A stretch of 32,000 nt of DNA from Chlamydiota bacterium. Lineage in GTDB: Bacteria; Auribacterota; JACPWU01. The stretch spans positions 1-32,000 of the forward strand of contig JACPWU010000025.1 in the NCBI GenBank assembly GCA_016196885.1, written 5' to 3'. Positions 15,666 to 24,781 of the stretch are shown piece after piece; position 1 is the first letter of the stretch; each line of letters starts with the position of its first letter. Both the position numbers and the translations under genes were made by a program. The notes under the pieces are model-generated. The model had not been told where the DNA came from, did no database searches, and was given only the letters and a program-made list of their open reading frames with translations.

Positions 15666-16802
15666 ATGCGCATCGGCGTCATGCTTCGCAGCCTCAAGCA
15701 ATTGGGGGGAATTAAAGTTTATACCCTTAATATTCTTGATCACTTGCTAAAAATTGATTCGAAGAATGAATATGTTTTTTTCTACAATGATGAGAGTCTT
15801 TTGGGTCTTTATGCCAAACATCCAAATGTTCAAGAAAGAATTGTTAAATTTCCCACAAAGATTTTATGGGATCAGGTGGGGATCCCCCTGGCCATTCGAA
15901 AAGAAAAAATAGATCTCATTTTTAATCCCAAGCTTTCCATTCCTCTCTTCACACAGGCCAAAACCTTATTTCCTTTGCATGGGCTAGAACAGTTTGCGGT
16001 CTCTGAAATTTTTCCTGTACTTGACCGATGGTATTTTAAACTTATGATGCCACTTTTTGTCCGTCGGGCGAGTCGCGTGATTTCCATGACCAAGATGGGG
16101 GTGGATGAGATGGTGAAATACTTGGGTGTTCGCCGTGAAAAGGTGGCACCTATTTACGAGTCTTATCATGAGCGTTTTAAAGTTCTTCCCAAAGAGAGTG
16201 TAGAGGGGCTTCGGGAAAAATATCATTTGCCTGAAAAGTATTTGCTCTTTGTGGGCGGACTCAATCCCCTCAAGAATTTCAGTAATATTTTAAGGGCTTT
16301 TCAGCTTCTAAAGAAAGATTGGCCTCATAAATTAGTGGCTGTAGGTTTTAAACGCTGGAAGTATGAAGAAGATTTGGCTTTGGTTTCAGAACTAGGGCTT
16401 CAAAACGATGTCCTTTTTACAGGTTTTGTTCCAGATGAGGATTTGCCAGGTCTTTATAATTTGGCAGAGGCTTTTGTTTTTCCTTCTCTTTATGAGGGTT
16501 TTGGAATTCCGGTGCTTGAGGCCATGGCCTGTGGGTGTCCTGTGATCACGACCACCACAGGTTGCTCCAGGGAAATTGCAGCTGACGCCGCCCTTTTGGT
16601 TAATCCTCGAGAACCTCGTGAGATCGCAGAGGCCATTTCAAAAGTATTGTCGGACGACCCTCTGAAAAAAACAATGATTGAAAAGGGTTTGGCTCAAGCG
16701 AAAAATTTTAGTTGGGAAAAAACGGCTCGCGAGACATTGAAGTTGATGGAAGAGTTGGTATTTAATGAGGCTGGTAAGTTGGGAAAAAAAGATGTAAAAT
16801 GA
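15666..16802 (+). CDS. Glycosyltransferase family 4 (GT-B, RfaG-like)
   Basis: 378 aa with the C-terminal signature PSLYEGFGIPVLEAMACGCPVITT. Confidence 0.85.
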   Translation: MRIGVMLRSLKQLGGIKVYTLNILDHLLKIDSKNEYVFFYNDESLLGLYAKHPNVQERIVKFPTKILWDQVGIPLAIRKEKIDLIFNPKLSIPLFTQAKTLFPLHGLEQFAVSEIFPVLDRWYFKLMMPLFVRRASRVISMTKMGVDEMVKYLGVRREKVAPIYESYHERFKVLPKESVEGLREKYHLPEKYLLFVGGLNPLKNFSNILRAFQLLKKDWPHKLVAVGFKRWKYEEDLALVSELGLQNDVLFTGFVPDEDLPGLYNLAEAFVFPSLYEGFGIPVLEAMACGCPVITTTTGCSREIAADAALLVNPREPREIAEAISKVLSDDPLKKTMIEKGLAQAKNFSWEKTARETLKLMEELVFNEAGKLGKKDVK

Positions 16803-16823
16803 GGGAAAAAGGGGTGGTGTACC

Positions 16824-17063
16824 GTGAATTATCTTAAATACATCGTTCGTGATCCTAAGATTTGTGGAGGTGAGCCTGTTGTTAAGGGTACCCGTGTGAC
16901 AGTGCGTACTCTTTTGGCAAGTCTTGCAGAGGGGTCAGCGGTACAATCTATTTTAAAAGATTTTCCAACGGTGAGTGAAGATGCTTTAAGAGCTGTGATT
17001 GCTTTTGCTGCTATTTCTGCTGTAGAGGATTTACCAGTCTCAAGTCTACCTCGATTTCAATGA
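16824..17063 (+). CDS. DUF433-domain protein (antitoxin-like), apparently without a partner
   Basis: 79 aa with the family-typical DPKICGGEPVVKGTRVTVRTLL. GTG start with an AAGGGGTGG RBS. Confidence 0.7.
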   Translation: MNYLKYIVRDPKICGGEPVVKGTRVTVRTLLASLAEGSAVQSILKDFPTVSEDALRAVIAFAAISAVEDLPVSSLPRFQ

Positions 17064-17121
17064 AAATAAAATACGTGTGGCACATCCTCAAAATCCTACC
17101 TAAATATCTCAAGAGGTCATC

Positions 17122-18054
17122 TTGGCGCGGTTGAATAAATCTCTTCTCATCCGATGGATTGTAGGCATTGGTCTTATTGTCTATCTTTTTACCCTTATTA
17201 ATTTTCATGAATTTTCTGAAATTCTTTCCAAGGCTTCTTTACCTTTTTTCTTTTTGGCGGTGCTTTTGGTCTTGGTGGATCGCGTTTGGATGGGCTCGAA
17301 ATGGAACATTTTATTAAAGGTTCAAGGATTAAACGTTTCTATGTTTGAATGCGTTCGCGTTTATTTTATCAGTTCTTTTTTAGGGTTGGTTTTGCCGACC
17401 AGCGTGGGGGGCGATTTGGTTCGTTTGTTCAGTCTCTCTGTGGAAAAGGGGGAACGGGAAAAAGTAGCGGCTTCGCTGGTGGTGGAAAAACTTCTTTCCA
17501 TGATGGCGCTTCTTCTTTTGGTTATTTTTTGCGTTTTACTCCTGGTGATGACGTCGGCCATGACGGGCTGGCGTTATTTCTTGATGGCCTTGGGTGTATT
17601 TCTAGGCATGGGACTCATTTTTGTGATTTCTCTTCTTTTTTTACCTGTCGAGCGGCTTCGAAAAGCGGAAGGAAAATGGCTGAAGAAAATAGCGCGTGTA
17701 TTTTTGGCCTATCATGAATTTAGGCGTTATCACAGAGCTATGTTTGTTTTTTTTATTGTTTCTGTTTTTGAGCAGTGCATGCCTTTTTTATTTAATTATT
17801 CCTTGGCCAAGGCCTTTCATTTGCCGGGGAGTGCGCTTACTTATTTTATGATTGTCCCAATGATCTATATGATTGCTAGACTCCCTATTTCGGTAGACGG
17901 AATGGGCATTGCCGAGGCCCTTTTTGTTTTTCTATTTCCTTTGATGGGTCTCGATAAAACGCATTCTTTGCTTCTCGCCTTAGCAGGCCGATTGGCCACT
18001 ACTTTAGGCCATTTGATTGGTGGAATTTTTTATTTTTGGAAGAAAAAATCATGA
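17122..18054 (+). CDS. UPF0104 / lysyl-PG-synthase-TM-like (flippase-like) integral membrane protein
   Basis: 310 aa with about 8 hydrophobic segments and the motif SSFLGLVLPTSVGGDLVR. TTG start. This family is commonly paired with a GT2 gene. Confidence 0.7.
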   Translation: MARLNKSLLIRWIVGIGLIVYLFTLINFHEFSEILSKASLPFFFLAVLLVLVDRVWMGSKWNILLKVQGLNVSMFECVRVYFISSFLGLVLPTSVGGDLVRLFSLSVEKGEREKVAASLVVEKLLSMMALLLLVIFCVLLLVMTSAMTGWRYFLMALGVFLGMGLIFVISLLFLPVERLRKAEGKWLKKIARVFLAYHEFRRYHRAMFVFFIVSVFEQCMPFLFNYSLAKAFHLPGSALTYFMIVPMIYMIARLPISVDGMGIAEALFVFLFPLMGLDKTHSLLLALAGRLATTLGHLIGGIFYFWKKKS

Positions 18055-18085
18055 TATAGAATTTGTAATAGATGGATAGAGTATT

Positions 18086-18781
18086 TTGGAGAATAAAGTG
18101 AAGCTTTCTATTCTAATGCCGGTCTATAACGAAGCATCTACTTTGCGTGAGATTGTCGAGCAGGTGTCGAGGGTGAACCTTGATAAAGAGATCATTCTTG
18201 TTGATGATGGCTCGACGGACGAGACCCCTCAAATATTAAAAGATATTCAAAAAGAATATCCACAATTGATTGTTCGTCATCATGATAAAAATAGGGGAAA
18301 AGGATCCGCGGTCCGAACGGGATTGACTGAGGCAACGGGGGATTATGCGGTGATTCAAGACGCAGATTTGGAATATGATCCACAGGAATATCACAAACTT
18401 TTGGAGCCTGTGACACGATTTGGTGCCCAAGCTGTGTATGGGTCCCGGTTTATCGGGGTGCATAAAAATATGTTCTTCTGGCGTTATCTGGGGAATAAAT
18501 TTTTGAGCCTTGTTACGGATCTTCTTTACAACACCCCCCTTTCAGACATGGAGACTTGTTACAAATTAGTCAAAATGGATATATTAAAGTCTCTCTCTTT
18601 GAAGTCGAAGCGCTTTGAGTTTGAACCTGAGATTACAGCGAAATTACTCAAGAGAAAGATACGGATTTTCGAAATTCCCATTTCCTATGCTGGGAGAGAA
18701 TATGCAGAGGGTAAAAAAATCACTTGGAAAGATGGACTCTCAGCCTTATGGACACTTCTCAAGTATCGTTTTTTAGATTAG
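18086..18781 (+). CDS. Glycosyltransferase family 2 (soluble; polyprenyl-phosphate sugar synthase-like)
   Basis: 231 aa with LSILMPVYNE, VDDGSTDET and QDADLEYDP (DxD). Confidence 0.85.
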   Translation: MENKVKLSILMPVYNEASTLREIVEQVSRVNLDKEIILVDDGSTDETPQILKDIQKEYPQLIVRHHDKNRGKGSAVRTGLTEATGDYAVIQDADLEYDPQEYHKLLEPVTRFGAQAVYGSRFIGVHKNMFFWRYLGNKFLSLVTDLLYNTPLSDMETCYKLVKMDILKSLSLKSKRFEFEPEITAKLLKRKIRIFEIPISYAGREYAEGKKITWKDGLSALWTLLKYRFLD

Positions 18782-18860
18782 AAAAACCTCGGACGCTGTT
18801 TCTTTTTTTTGTCCTGATCATTGCGGCGCTTTTCCCCCGGTTTCTCATTTCTTGGGGAGT

Positions 18861-19188
18861 TTAGCCCGCATTTCTCATCAGATTTCGTTGCGAGGAACGC
18901 CTGAGTCTGCCTTGGATGCGAGGAAGACGACTGAGGCCATGTGAGGCATACTTTACAGCATGTTGAGCGTGGCCGACCGAGTCTGTACGGAGAGACGAGG
19001 CGGAATCGGAGAAGAGCAGCAGAAATGTGATGAGAAACAAACATGACTTTCAGTCACAAAGGGGGATGAAAATCACCCTTGTAGTCGCCCCATTTATGGG
19101 GCTGCCCGATGAATCGGGCGACTACAAGTCATCATAACTTATTGTATAAGAATAACTAAAGACTATTTTCAGATGAAATGCGGGCTAA
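18861..19188. repeat. Non-coding segment of about 330 bp bounded by inverted repeats, with a REP doublet inside
   Basis: TTAGCCCGCATTTCTCATC (18861-18879) is inverted relative to GATGAAATGCGGGCTAA (19172-19188). The interior is GC-richer than its surroundings and contains the direct repeat TGCGAGGAA-n-CTGAG twice. Confidence 0.4.
19081..19125. repeat. REP-doublet (REPIN-like) element, copy C (minimal form)
   Basis: GTAGTCGCCCCATTTATGGGGCTGCCCGATGAATCGGGCGACTAC. Confidence 0.8.
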
Positions 19189-19244
19189 TATATCACCTGT
19201 GCTAATATGGCTCCCATTATTTAACCTTGGAAAGGTAATAAACC

Positions 19245-20198
19245 TTGATGTCAAGTTCTTCTCCTGAGTTGTCCATTATTATTCCTCTGATGAATGAAGA
19301 GGAAAATATTCCTGAACTGATTCCTCGGGTTTGCGAGGCTTTGAATACTCTAGCCCGGTCTTACGAAGTTATCTTGATAGATGATGGGAGCACGGATCGG
19401 ACATGGGAACTTCTAAAAAAGGTCCGGGGAGAGGATGAAAGGATTCGCCTCATTCGATTTCGAAAAAATTTTGGTCAGACGGCCGCATTGAAAGCAGGGT
19501 TTGATGCGAGTCGGGGCAAGGTGATTGTCACCTTGGATGGGGATTTGCAAAATGATCCGCGTGACATTGGAAAGTTGTTGGGTGCTCTGGAAGAAGGATA
19601 CGATATCGTGAGCGGTTGGCGTTATCCCCGCCAGGATCCCTTCTTGAGCCGAAGGCTTCCTTCTATCATAGCCAATGGTGTCATTTCTCTGACCACCCAG
19701 GTAAAGCTGCATGATTATGGATGTACGCTGAAGGCCTTCAGGGCGGAGGTGGCCAAAAATTTGGATCTCTACGGTGAAATGCACCGCTTCATTCCAGCCA
19801 TTGCGAGTTGGATGGGGGTGACCGTGGCTGAGGTGAAGGTGAGTCATCAGGCTCGGAAAAGGGGGAAGTCGAAATACGGAATTTCTCGGACTTTGAAAGT
19901 TCTTCTGGATCTGATCACGGTCAAATTTCTTTTGAGTTATTCCACCAAGCCCATTCAGATTTTTGGATTGATGGGGCTTCTCACCGGAGGGGCGGGCTTT
20001 CTTCTTTCCATTTATTTAGCCTTTGTGAGGCTCTTTCTTCATCATCCCATTGGGGGAAGACCTCTCTTGCTGTTGTCGGTACTTTTAATATTTATTGGGA
20101 TTCAATTTATTACCATGGGGCTTTTGGCAGAAATCCAAATTCGGACCTATCATGAGTCTCAGAAAAAATCAATCTATGTGATTAAGGAGGAGATTTAA
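19245..20198 (+). CDS. Membrane-anchored GT2 polyprenyl-phosphate glycosyltransferase (ArnC/GtrB/CsbB-like)
   Basis: 317 aa with LSIIIPLMNEEENI, IDDGSTDRT and LDGDLQNDP, plus two C-terminal TM helices. The start is either TTG 19245 or ATG 19248. Confidence 0.85.
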   Translation: MMSSSSPELSIIIPLMNEEENIPELIPRVCEALNTLARSYEVILIDDGSTDRTWELLKKVRGEDERIRLIRFRKNFGQTAALKAGFDASRGKVIVTLDGDLQNDPRDIGKLLGALEEGYDIVSGWRYPRQDPFLSRRLPSIIANGVISLTTQVKLHDYGCTLKAFRAEVAKNLDLYGEMHRFIPAIASWMGVTVAEVKVSHQARKRGKSKYGISRTLKVLLDLITVKFLLSYSTKPIQIFGLMGLLTGGAGFLLSIYLAFVRLFLHHPIGGRPLLLLSVLLIFIGIQFITMGLLAEIQIRTYHESQKKSIYVIKEEI

Positions 20199-20200
20199 GT

Positions 20201-21844
20201 ATGAAAAGAAGGTTTCACGGAATTATTTTAGGTATTGGGATTTTGATGATGTTTGCAATCAATGGGCACTGTGAAGCAGTTCACCCTTGGGCGGTTTGGT
20301 CGGCTTCTGACGGAAATGATTTAGAAATTTATGCCTCACATGAGGGAGATAGTTCTTGGAATGTTCCCGAAAAAATTCATTCGGATAATGCTGTTTCTGA
20401 TACCTCTCCTGCCATTGTAATTGATTCCACAGGTAAGGCTTTTGTTGCTTGGGTAAGAGAAAATGGAGATAAAGAGGAAATTTATTGTTCGAGATGGGAT
20501 GGTTTACGTTGGTCTTTGGAAGAGCCTGTGGGTGTTCTTCAGGGTGTGCGATTTTCTGTGCCAGCTGTGACGGTAGATGACAAAGGAAATCCTTGGATTG
20601 TCGCTTCGGGTGTGAAAAATAATGGTCAGGACGAAATTTATGAAACACATCGTACTGTGACGGGTTGGACAGCGTGGATGCGTGTGAATCAAGAGGATGC
20701 ATCTCCAGATGTGGACCCCACCGTGATGGCTTATCAAGATCAAGTTTGGGTCATTTGGAGTGGGTATGATGGTGAGAATTATCAACTTTTCGGAAGACAT
20801 TCCAATGGGAAAAGCTGGACTCAAGAGGAAAAGCTTTTTCAAGGGGGAGGATTTTCGCAGAGTTTTCCTTCTCTAAGCGTTGAAGGTGGGAAATTCAAGC
20901 TTTCTTTTTACAAAAGCGATGAAGGGATGTTTAGCTTTTGGGATGGCCAGAATTGGTCTTTTCCTTCTTCTGCTACATTTTCGCTAGAAGAAAACTTGAT
21001 TAACATTTGGAAATCTCAAGCTGTTTATAAAGGTCAGACCGCTTGGTTTGAGGGTCCAGAAAATAGAGGTGCTTTTAATATTTTACTTAAATCGGATGAG
21101 GCTAAAACTTCTACAAAATGGGTTGCTCGTTTGAAGAAGCTTTTTGATATATCAGGAAATGAAGCTTGGGCGGCCACTGCAAATGTTTACACTGCTTTTG
21201 GAGACAGTATTACAGAAGGAGGATATCCTCCTTTTTTACAAAATCGCTTGAGTGGGGCGACGGTTGTAAACAGGGGGAGAGGAGGAGAGCTTACGGACGG
21301 TGGTTTGAGCCGAATTGGGGGTGTTTTGGCGGCTGATAGTCCTGAGTTCATTCTGATTATGGAAGGAACCAATGACGCTGGGAATGAGCATTCTCAGGAA
21401 TCGATTGCTTTTAATTTGGAACAGATGGTTGCCAAAGCAGCAGCTACAGGGACCAAACCCATCCTTTCAACCATTACTCCTCGTAAGGACAACCACAATG
21501 GAAAAGTGGAAAAGGTGAATGCCCTGCTTCGAGAGTTTGCGGGCTCTAACGGAGTTCCCTTAACAGACAATTATGCGGTGATTATTGCCAAACCCATTGC
21601 TGAATTTGATAGTTTGTACACGGATCATCTTCATTTCAATAGTGCTGGAAATGACATCATTGCCCAAGACTTTTTTGACACGATTAACAGTGTTAAAGGG
21701 GGTGGCAGCGGCGGTGGCGGTGGGTGCGGTTCTGTGAAACCCAATTTTCCTTCGAAATGGAATTTGAATTTGGAACCTTTGTTGTTCTCCATTTTTGTTT
21801 TCTTAATTTTGAGAAAAATGAGAAGAGTTTCTAAAGCCCGTTGA
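20201..21844 (+). CDS. Secreted protein: five-fold repeat (propeller-like) N-domain, SGNH/GDSL hydrolase, and a Gly-rich/Cys/TM/basic C-terminal tail
   Basis: It has a signal peptide (ILGIGILMMFAINGHCEA) and about 5 repeats of roughly 50 aa with the pattern W..W....G..EIY......W. SGNH blocks are FGDSITEGG, GTNDA and DHLHFN. The tail reads GGGSGGGGGCGS...LEPLLFSIFVFLILRKMRRVSKAR. Strong AAGGAGG RBS. Confidence 0.8.
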   Translation: MKRRFHGIILGIGILMMFAINGHCEAVHPWAVWSASDGNDLEIYASHEGDSSWNVPEKIHSDNAVSDTSPAIVIDSTGKAFVAWVRENGDKEEIYCSRWDGLRWSLEEPVGVLQGVRFSVPAVTVDDKGNPWIVASGVKNNGQDEIYETHRTVTGWTAWMRVNQEDASPDVDPTVMAYQDQVWVIWSGYDGENYQLFGRHSNGKSWTQEEKLFQGGGFSQSFPSLSVEGGKFKLSFYKSDEGMFSFWDGQNWSFPSSATFSLEENLINIWKSQAVYKGQTAWFEGPENRGAFNILLKSDEAKTSTKWVARLKKLFDISGNEAWAATANVYTAFGDSITEGGYPPFLQNRLSGATVVNRGRGGELTDGGLSRIGGVLAADSPEFILIMEGTNDAGNEHSQESIAFNLEQMVAKAAATGTKPILSTITPRKDNHNGKVEKVNALLREFAGSNGVPLTDNYAVIIAKPIAEFDSLYTDHLHFNSAGNDIIAQDFFDTINSVKGGGSGGGGGCGSVKPNFPSKWNLNLEPLLFSIFVFLILRKMRRVSKAR

Positions 21845-24774
21845 AAACGTTTGTTTGGCTTGCAGTGATCATTCTCTTGGGGATGATCCTGAGGACTTTT
21901 TATTTGGTCACCCCTACAGTGGATTCAGATCAAGCTGTTTTTGGTCTGATGGCCATGCATATTTTAAAAGGGGAGTTTCCACTTATTCAATGGGGTTTCC
22001 CTTACATGTCTTCGGGGGAATCCTTTTTTGCAGCCCCCTTTTTTTATTTTCTGGGGGCTTCTCCTTTTACGCTCGACTTAGCTATCGCCATTGAATCTTT
22101 GATTTTTGTCTGGCTCATTTTTTTTGTGGGCCGAAGAATCGGAGGCTCTCAAATGGGGCTTCTCTCGGCCCTTTACGTGGCGATCCCCCCTTCCTATCTC
22201 GCCATTCATTGTGTTTTGGCTCGAGGGGCCTACATTGAGACGCTGATTTTGGGGACCCTTGCCTTTTGGATGGCCCTTCGCATTTTTTATCCAGAGGGCG
22301 GGAAAGACCGGGGACCTCTTTCTTATTTTTTGCTGGGCACCGCTTTTGGCCTGGGCCTTTGGTTTCATTTTCTGATTATCTTTTTCATGGTACCCATTGG
22401 CTTTTTTTTTCTCATCAAGCCCAAAACACTTTTCAGAAAAGAGATCTCACTCTTAGTTTTAGGATTTCTTTTAGGAAGTCTTCCGTTTTGGGTCCACAAT
22501 TTTTATCACGGCTTCGAAGGCATTGCCTATCTTTCCAGGCATGAAAAGAGGCATCACACTTTTTGGCAGGGGTTGTCCCAATATGTGGGAAGGGATCTTT
22601 GCATTATCTTAGGCATGTTTCGCGATCATATTCAAACCGCCTTGACTTGGGTGAATGTCCCCTTCATTATTTTGTACGCGGCTTTTTTAGTTTATGGTTG
22701 GGGCCAATGGCTGAAATCCTTTTTTCACAAAGAGCCTTTGAAGGGGATTGGGCTTGTGCTTATTTTTCTTCTTTTTTATATCTTGATCGTGGATGAAAGT
22801 GAGTACATCGAGAAAGATACACGAAGATATTATGTCCCCCTTTTCGCGGGGCTCCCCCTTCTTTGGGCTTGGGTGGTTCAATCCTGGTCAAGGCGGTCTC
22901 GAGTTCTCAAAATTTCTCTCGTCAGTGCCTTCCTGTTTTTTCATCTCTTCACGAATTTCCGAGAAGCGGCTGTCTTCCATCCGGATTCGTTCAAACCTTA
23001 TCAGGAAAAGGTTCGCAAGGAAAAAGAACTGATTCATTTCTTAGAAGAGAAAAATCTTCGCCAAATTAATTACGAAGATTATTGGCTGGGATTTCGATTG
23101 AATTTCATAGCACAAGAAAAAATCATTTTTGCTCGAACATTCTACGAGCGCTATCGTCCCTATGAAGATATTTTGGAGCGCTCAGATCATCCTGTCTTTC
23201 TGGATGGGGCCAGCCAAAAATTTGGCCCCCTTTTCAAAATCATCGGGGGGAGTTGCGAGGAAAATCGTGTGGGAGATTGGAGTGTGTATCATGATTTTGT
23301 GGAGCCACAAGGTCGTTATCGTCAAGTCAATCTTCAGAATGCTCACGTTTCTGCCTCTGACCGGACAGAGGAGGCAAAATATGTTTTGGATCGTGATGCG
23401 GAAACCGCATGGACGAGTGGACGGCCTCGCTCGCCTGGGATGTGGGTCCAAATAGACCTGGGAAGGACCTATTCTCTGGGCCTCCTGCGGCTTTGGGATC
23501 GTCCTCATCATTTTCGGGATACGGCGCTTCAAGTGAGTGTTCAAGTGAGTTTGAATGGCGAGGAATGGAAAGAGGTCATTCCTCCGACACGGGGAGATTT
23601 TTATTATTGGAATGGCCCCAGAATTTACGGTTGGGAATTGGGCTATCGCTCGGAGGCGCGCCTTGGCCCTGTTCAGGCGCGGTTTATTCGTATCACTGGG
23701 CACGAGGCTGATTCTCAGCATCCTTGGATGATCTATGAAATTTTTGTCTATGAGCATGTGGGGGAGGAGAGGAATGTTAAGGATCAACCTCGGGTCATTC
23801 AGGCGATTCAAGAATTGAAATTAGAAAAAGTCTACGCCGATCGCTGGCTGAGCTCTAAAATCAAGGAAGACACCCAGGGAAAGGTTCAAACGGTGGAGCC
23901 TTTTAGCTATCCCCACTTCTATGGGGAGATGCCAAGCCGCCTCATCGAATGGGGCCCTCATGTAGGCTTTGCAGTGGAAGATGCGGACGCGGAGCAATTT
24001 GAAAAGGAGGCCCAGCAAGAAGGTTTCAACCTCTCTCGTCGAGATTGTGGAAGGTGGAGTCTTTTTTATTTTTCCCATTGGGGTGGAGAAGAGGAGGAAA
24101 TGGGAAAGGTCCCCAGTTTTTGGTGGACGGGTTTTGGAATTCTTAAAACCAATAGAAAGTTGAGGAGCGAGTATTTGGGCATAAGAGCTAGAAAATATGC
24201 GGAGAAAGGGGATTGGGCCTCTGCTCTGCGATATGATGAAAAAGCCTTGGAACGTTATTCCAACCATCAAGGGGTTCGGTGGGAATTGATTCAAGTTTTG
24301 GAAAAGCTAGGTCGGCTTGACGAGGCTCAAGAACAATTGGAAGAATTAAAATGGCAAACGGAACCTCGGGAGAAAATGCCCATTCTCTTTGAAAAGGGAG
24401 TCGAATTTTTGGGATTCTCGATCGAGTCTCATGAGGCCCATACGGGTCAGACGCTTCCTATTTATTATTATTGGAGATTGAATCAAGATCCAGGATCCGG
24501 GATGGGTGTTTTTGTTCATCTGAAAGGCCCGGGCCCTTTGATTCAAGGGGATCATAAATTTTTGGATCGTAACATGAAAGTGTGGCCGGCCCTGGAGGGG
24601 GAGATTTTTTATGAGGAAGAGCTTTTAAAAATTCCAGAAGTCACGCCTCCGGGACAGTACGAAATTTGGTTGGGTTTATTCGATTTGGGAACCGAGAGGC
24701 GCTGGAAGGTCAAGAAGACGGAGCTGAAAGAGAATCAAGGGGCTGTTTTTGTGGGAAGAATCCAGGTAAAATGA
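21841..24774 (+). CDS. GT-C fold (ArnT/PMT-like, GT39/83-type) membrane glycosyltransferase fused to a discoidin (F5/8 type C) domain and TPR-like repeats
   Basis: 977 aa. The N-terminal ~400 aa are polytopic, with an acidic first-loop motif (VDSDQAVFG). The segment at about 23327-23760 (DAETAWTSG...WVQIDLG...RFIRITG) is discoidin-like, and a TPR-like segment sits at about 24196-24350. The TTG start overlaps the previous stop (TTGA). Confidence 0.75.
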   Translation: MKTFVWLAVIILLGMILRTFYLVTPTVDSDQAVFGLMAMHILKGEFPLIQWGFPYMSSGESFFAAPFFYFLGASPFTLDLAIAIESLIFVWLIFFVGRRIGGSQMGLLSALYVAIPPSYLAIHCVLARGAYIETLILGTLAFWMALRIFYPEGGKDRGPLSYFLLGTAFGLGLWFHFLIIFFMVPIGFFFLIKPKTLFRKEISLLVLGFLLGSLPFWVHNFYHGFEGIAYLSRHEKRHHTFWQGLSQYVGRDLCIILGMFRDHIQTALTWVNVPFIILYAAFLVYGWGQWLKSFFHKEPLKGIGLVLIFLLFYILIVDESEYIEKDTRRYYVPLFAGLPLLWAWVVQSWSRRSRVLKISLVSAFLFFHLFTNFREAAVFHPDSFKPYQEKVRKEKELIHFLEEKNLRQINYEDYWLGFRLNFIAQEKIIFARTFYERYRPYEDILERSDHPVFLDGASQKFGPLFKIIGGSCEENRVGDWSVYHDFVEPQGRYRQVNLQNAHVSASDRTEEAKYVLDRDAETAWTSGRPRSPGMWVQIDLGRTYSLGLLRLWDRPHHFRDTALQVSVQVSLNGEEWKEVIPPTRGDFYYWNGPRIYGWELGYRSEARLGPVQARFIRITGHEADSQHPWMIYEIFVYEHVGEERNVKDQPRVIQAIQELKLEKVYADRWLSSKIKEDTQGKVQTVEPFSYPHFYGEMPSRLIEWGPHVGFAVEDADAEQFEKEAQQEGFNLSRRDCGRWSLFYFSHWGGEEEEMGKVPSFWWTGFGILKTNRKLRSEYLGIRARKYAEKGDWASALRYDEKALERYSNHQGVRWELIQVLEKLGRLDEAQEQLEELKWQTEPREKMPILFEKGVEFLGFSIESHEAHTGQTLPIYYYWRLNQDPGSGMGVFVHLKGPGPLIQGDHKFLDRNMKVWPALEGEIFYEEELLKIPEVTPPGQYEIWLGLFDLGTERRWKVKKTELKENQGAVFVGRIQVK

Positions 24775-24781
24775 AACATCC

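Noticed and set aside
17060-17134. 24-codon ORF (MKIKYVWHILKILPKYLKRSSWRG) overlapping the DUF433 stop (ATGA) as a possible remnant of the usual DUF5615 partner toxin
   Set aside because: It is too short and has no resemblance to the MKFLxDENL-type N-terminus of that family. It is noted only as context for the orphan DUF433.
18778-19044. 88-aa minus-strand ORF in the GT2-GT2 spacer
   Set aside because: It is Arg/Ser/Pro-rich with low complexity, has no RBS and spans the TIR boundary. The region is better explained as non-coding repeat or insert.
8988-24294. Antisense or alternative-frame track ORFs inside well-supported genes (for example 8988-9380, 10549-10819, 19413-19847, 20259-20842, 22078-22368, 23182-23811, 23821-24294)
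   Set aside because: Each lies wholly within a longer ORF that carries recognisable family motifs. None has its own motifs or translation signals.
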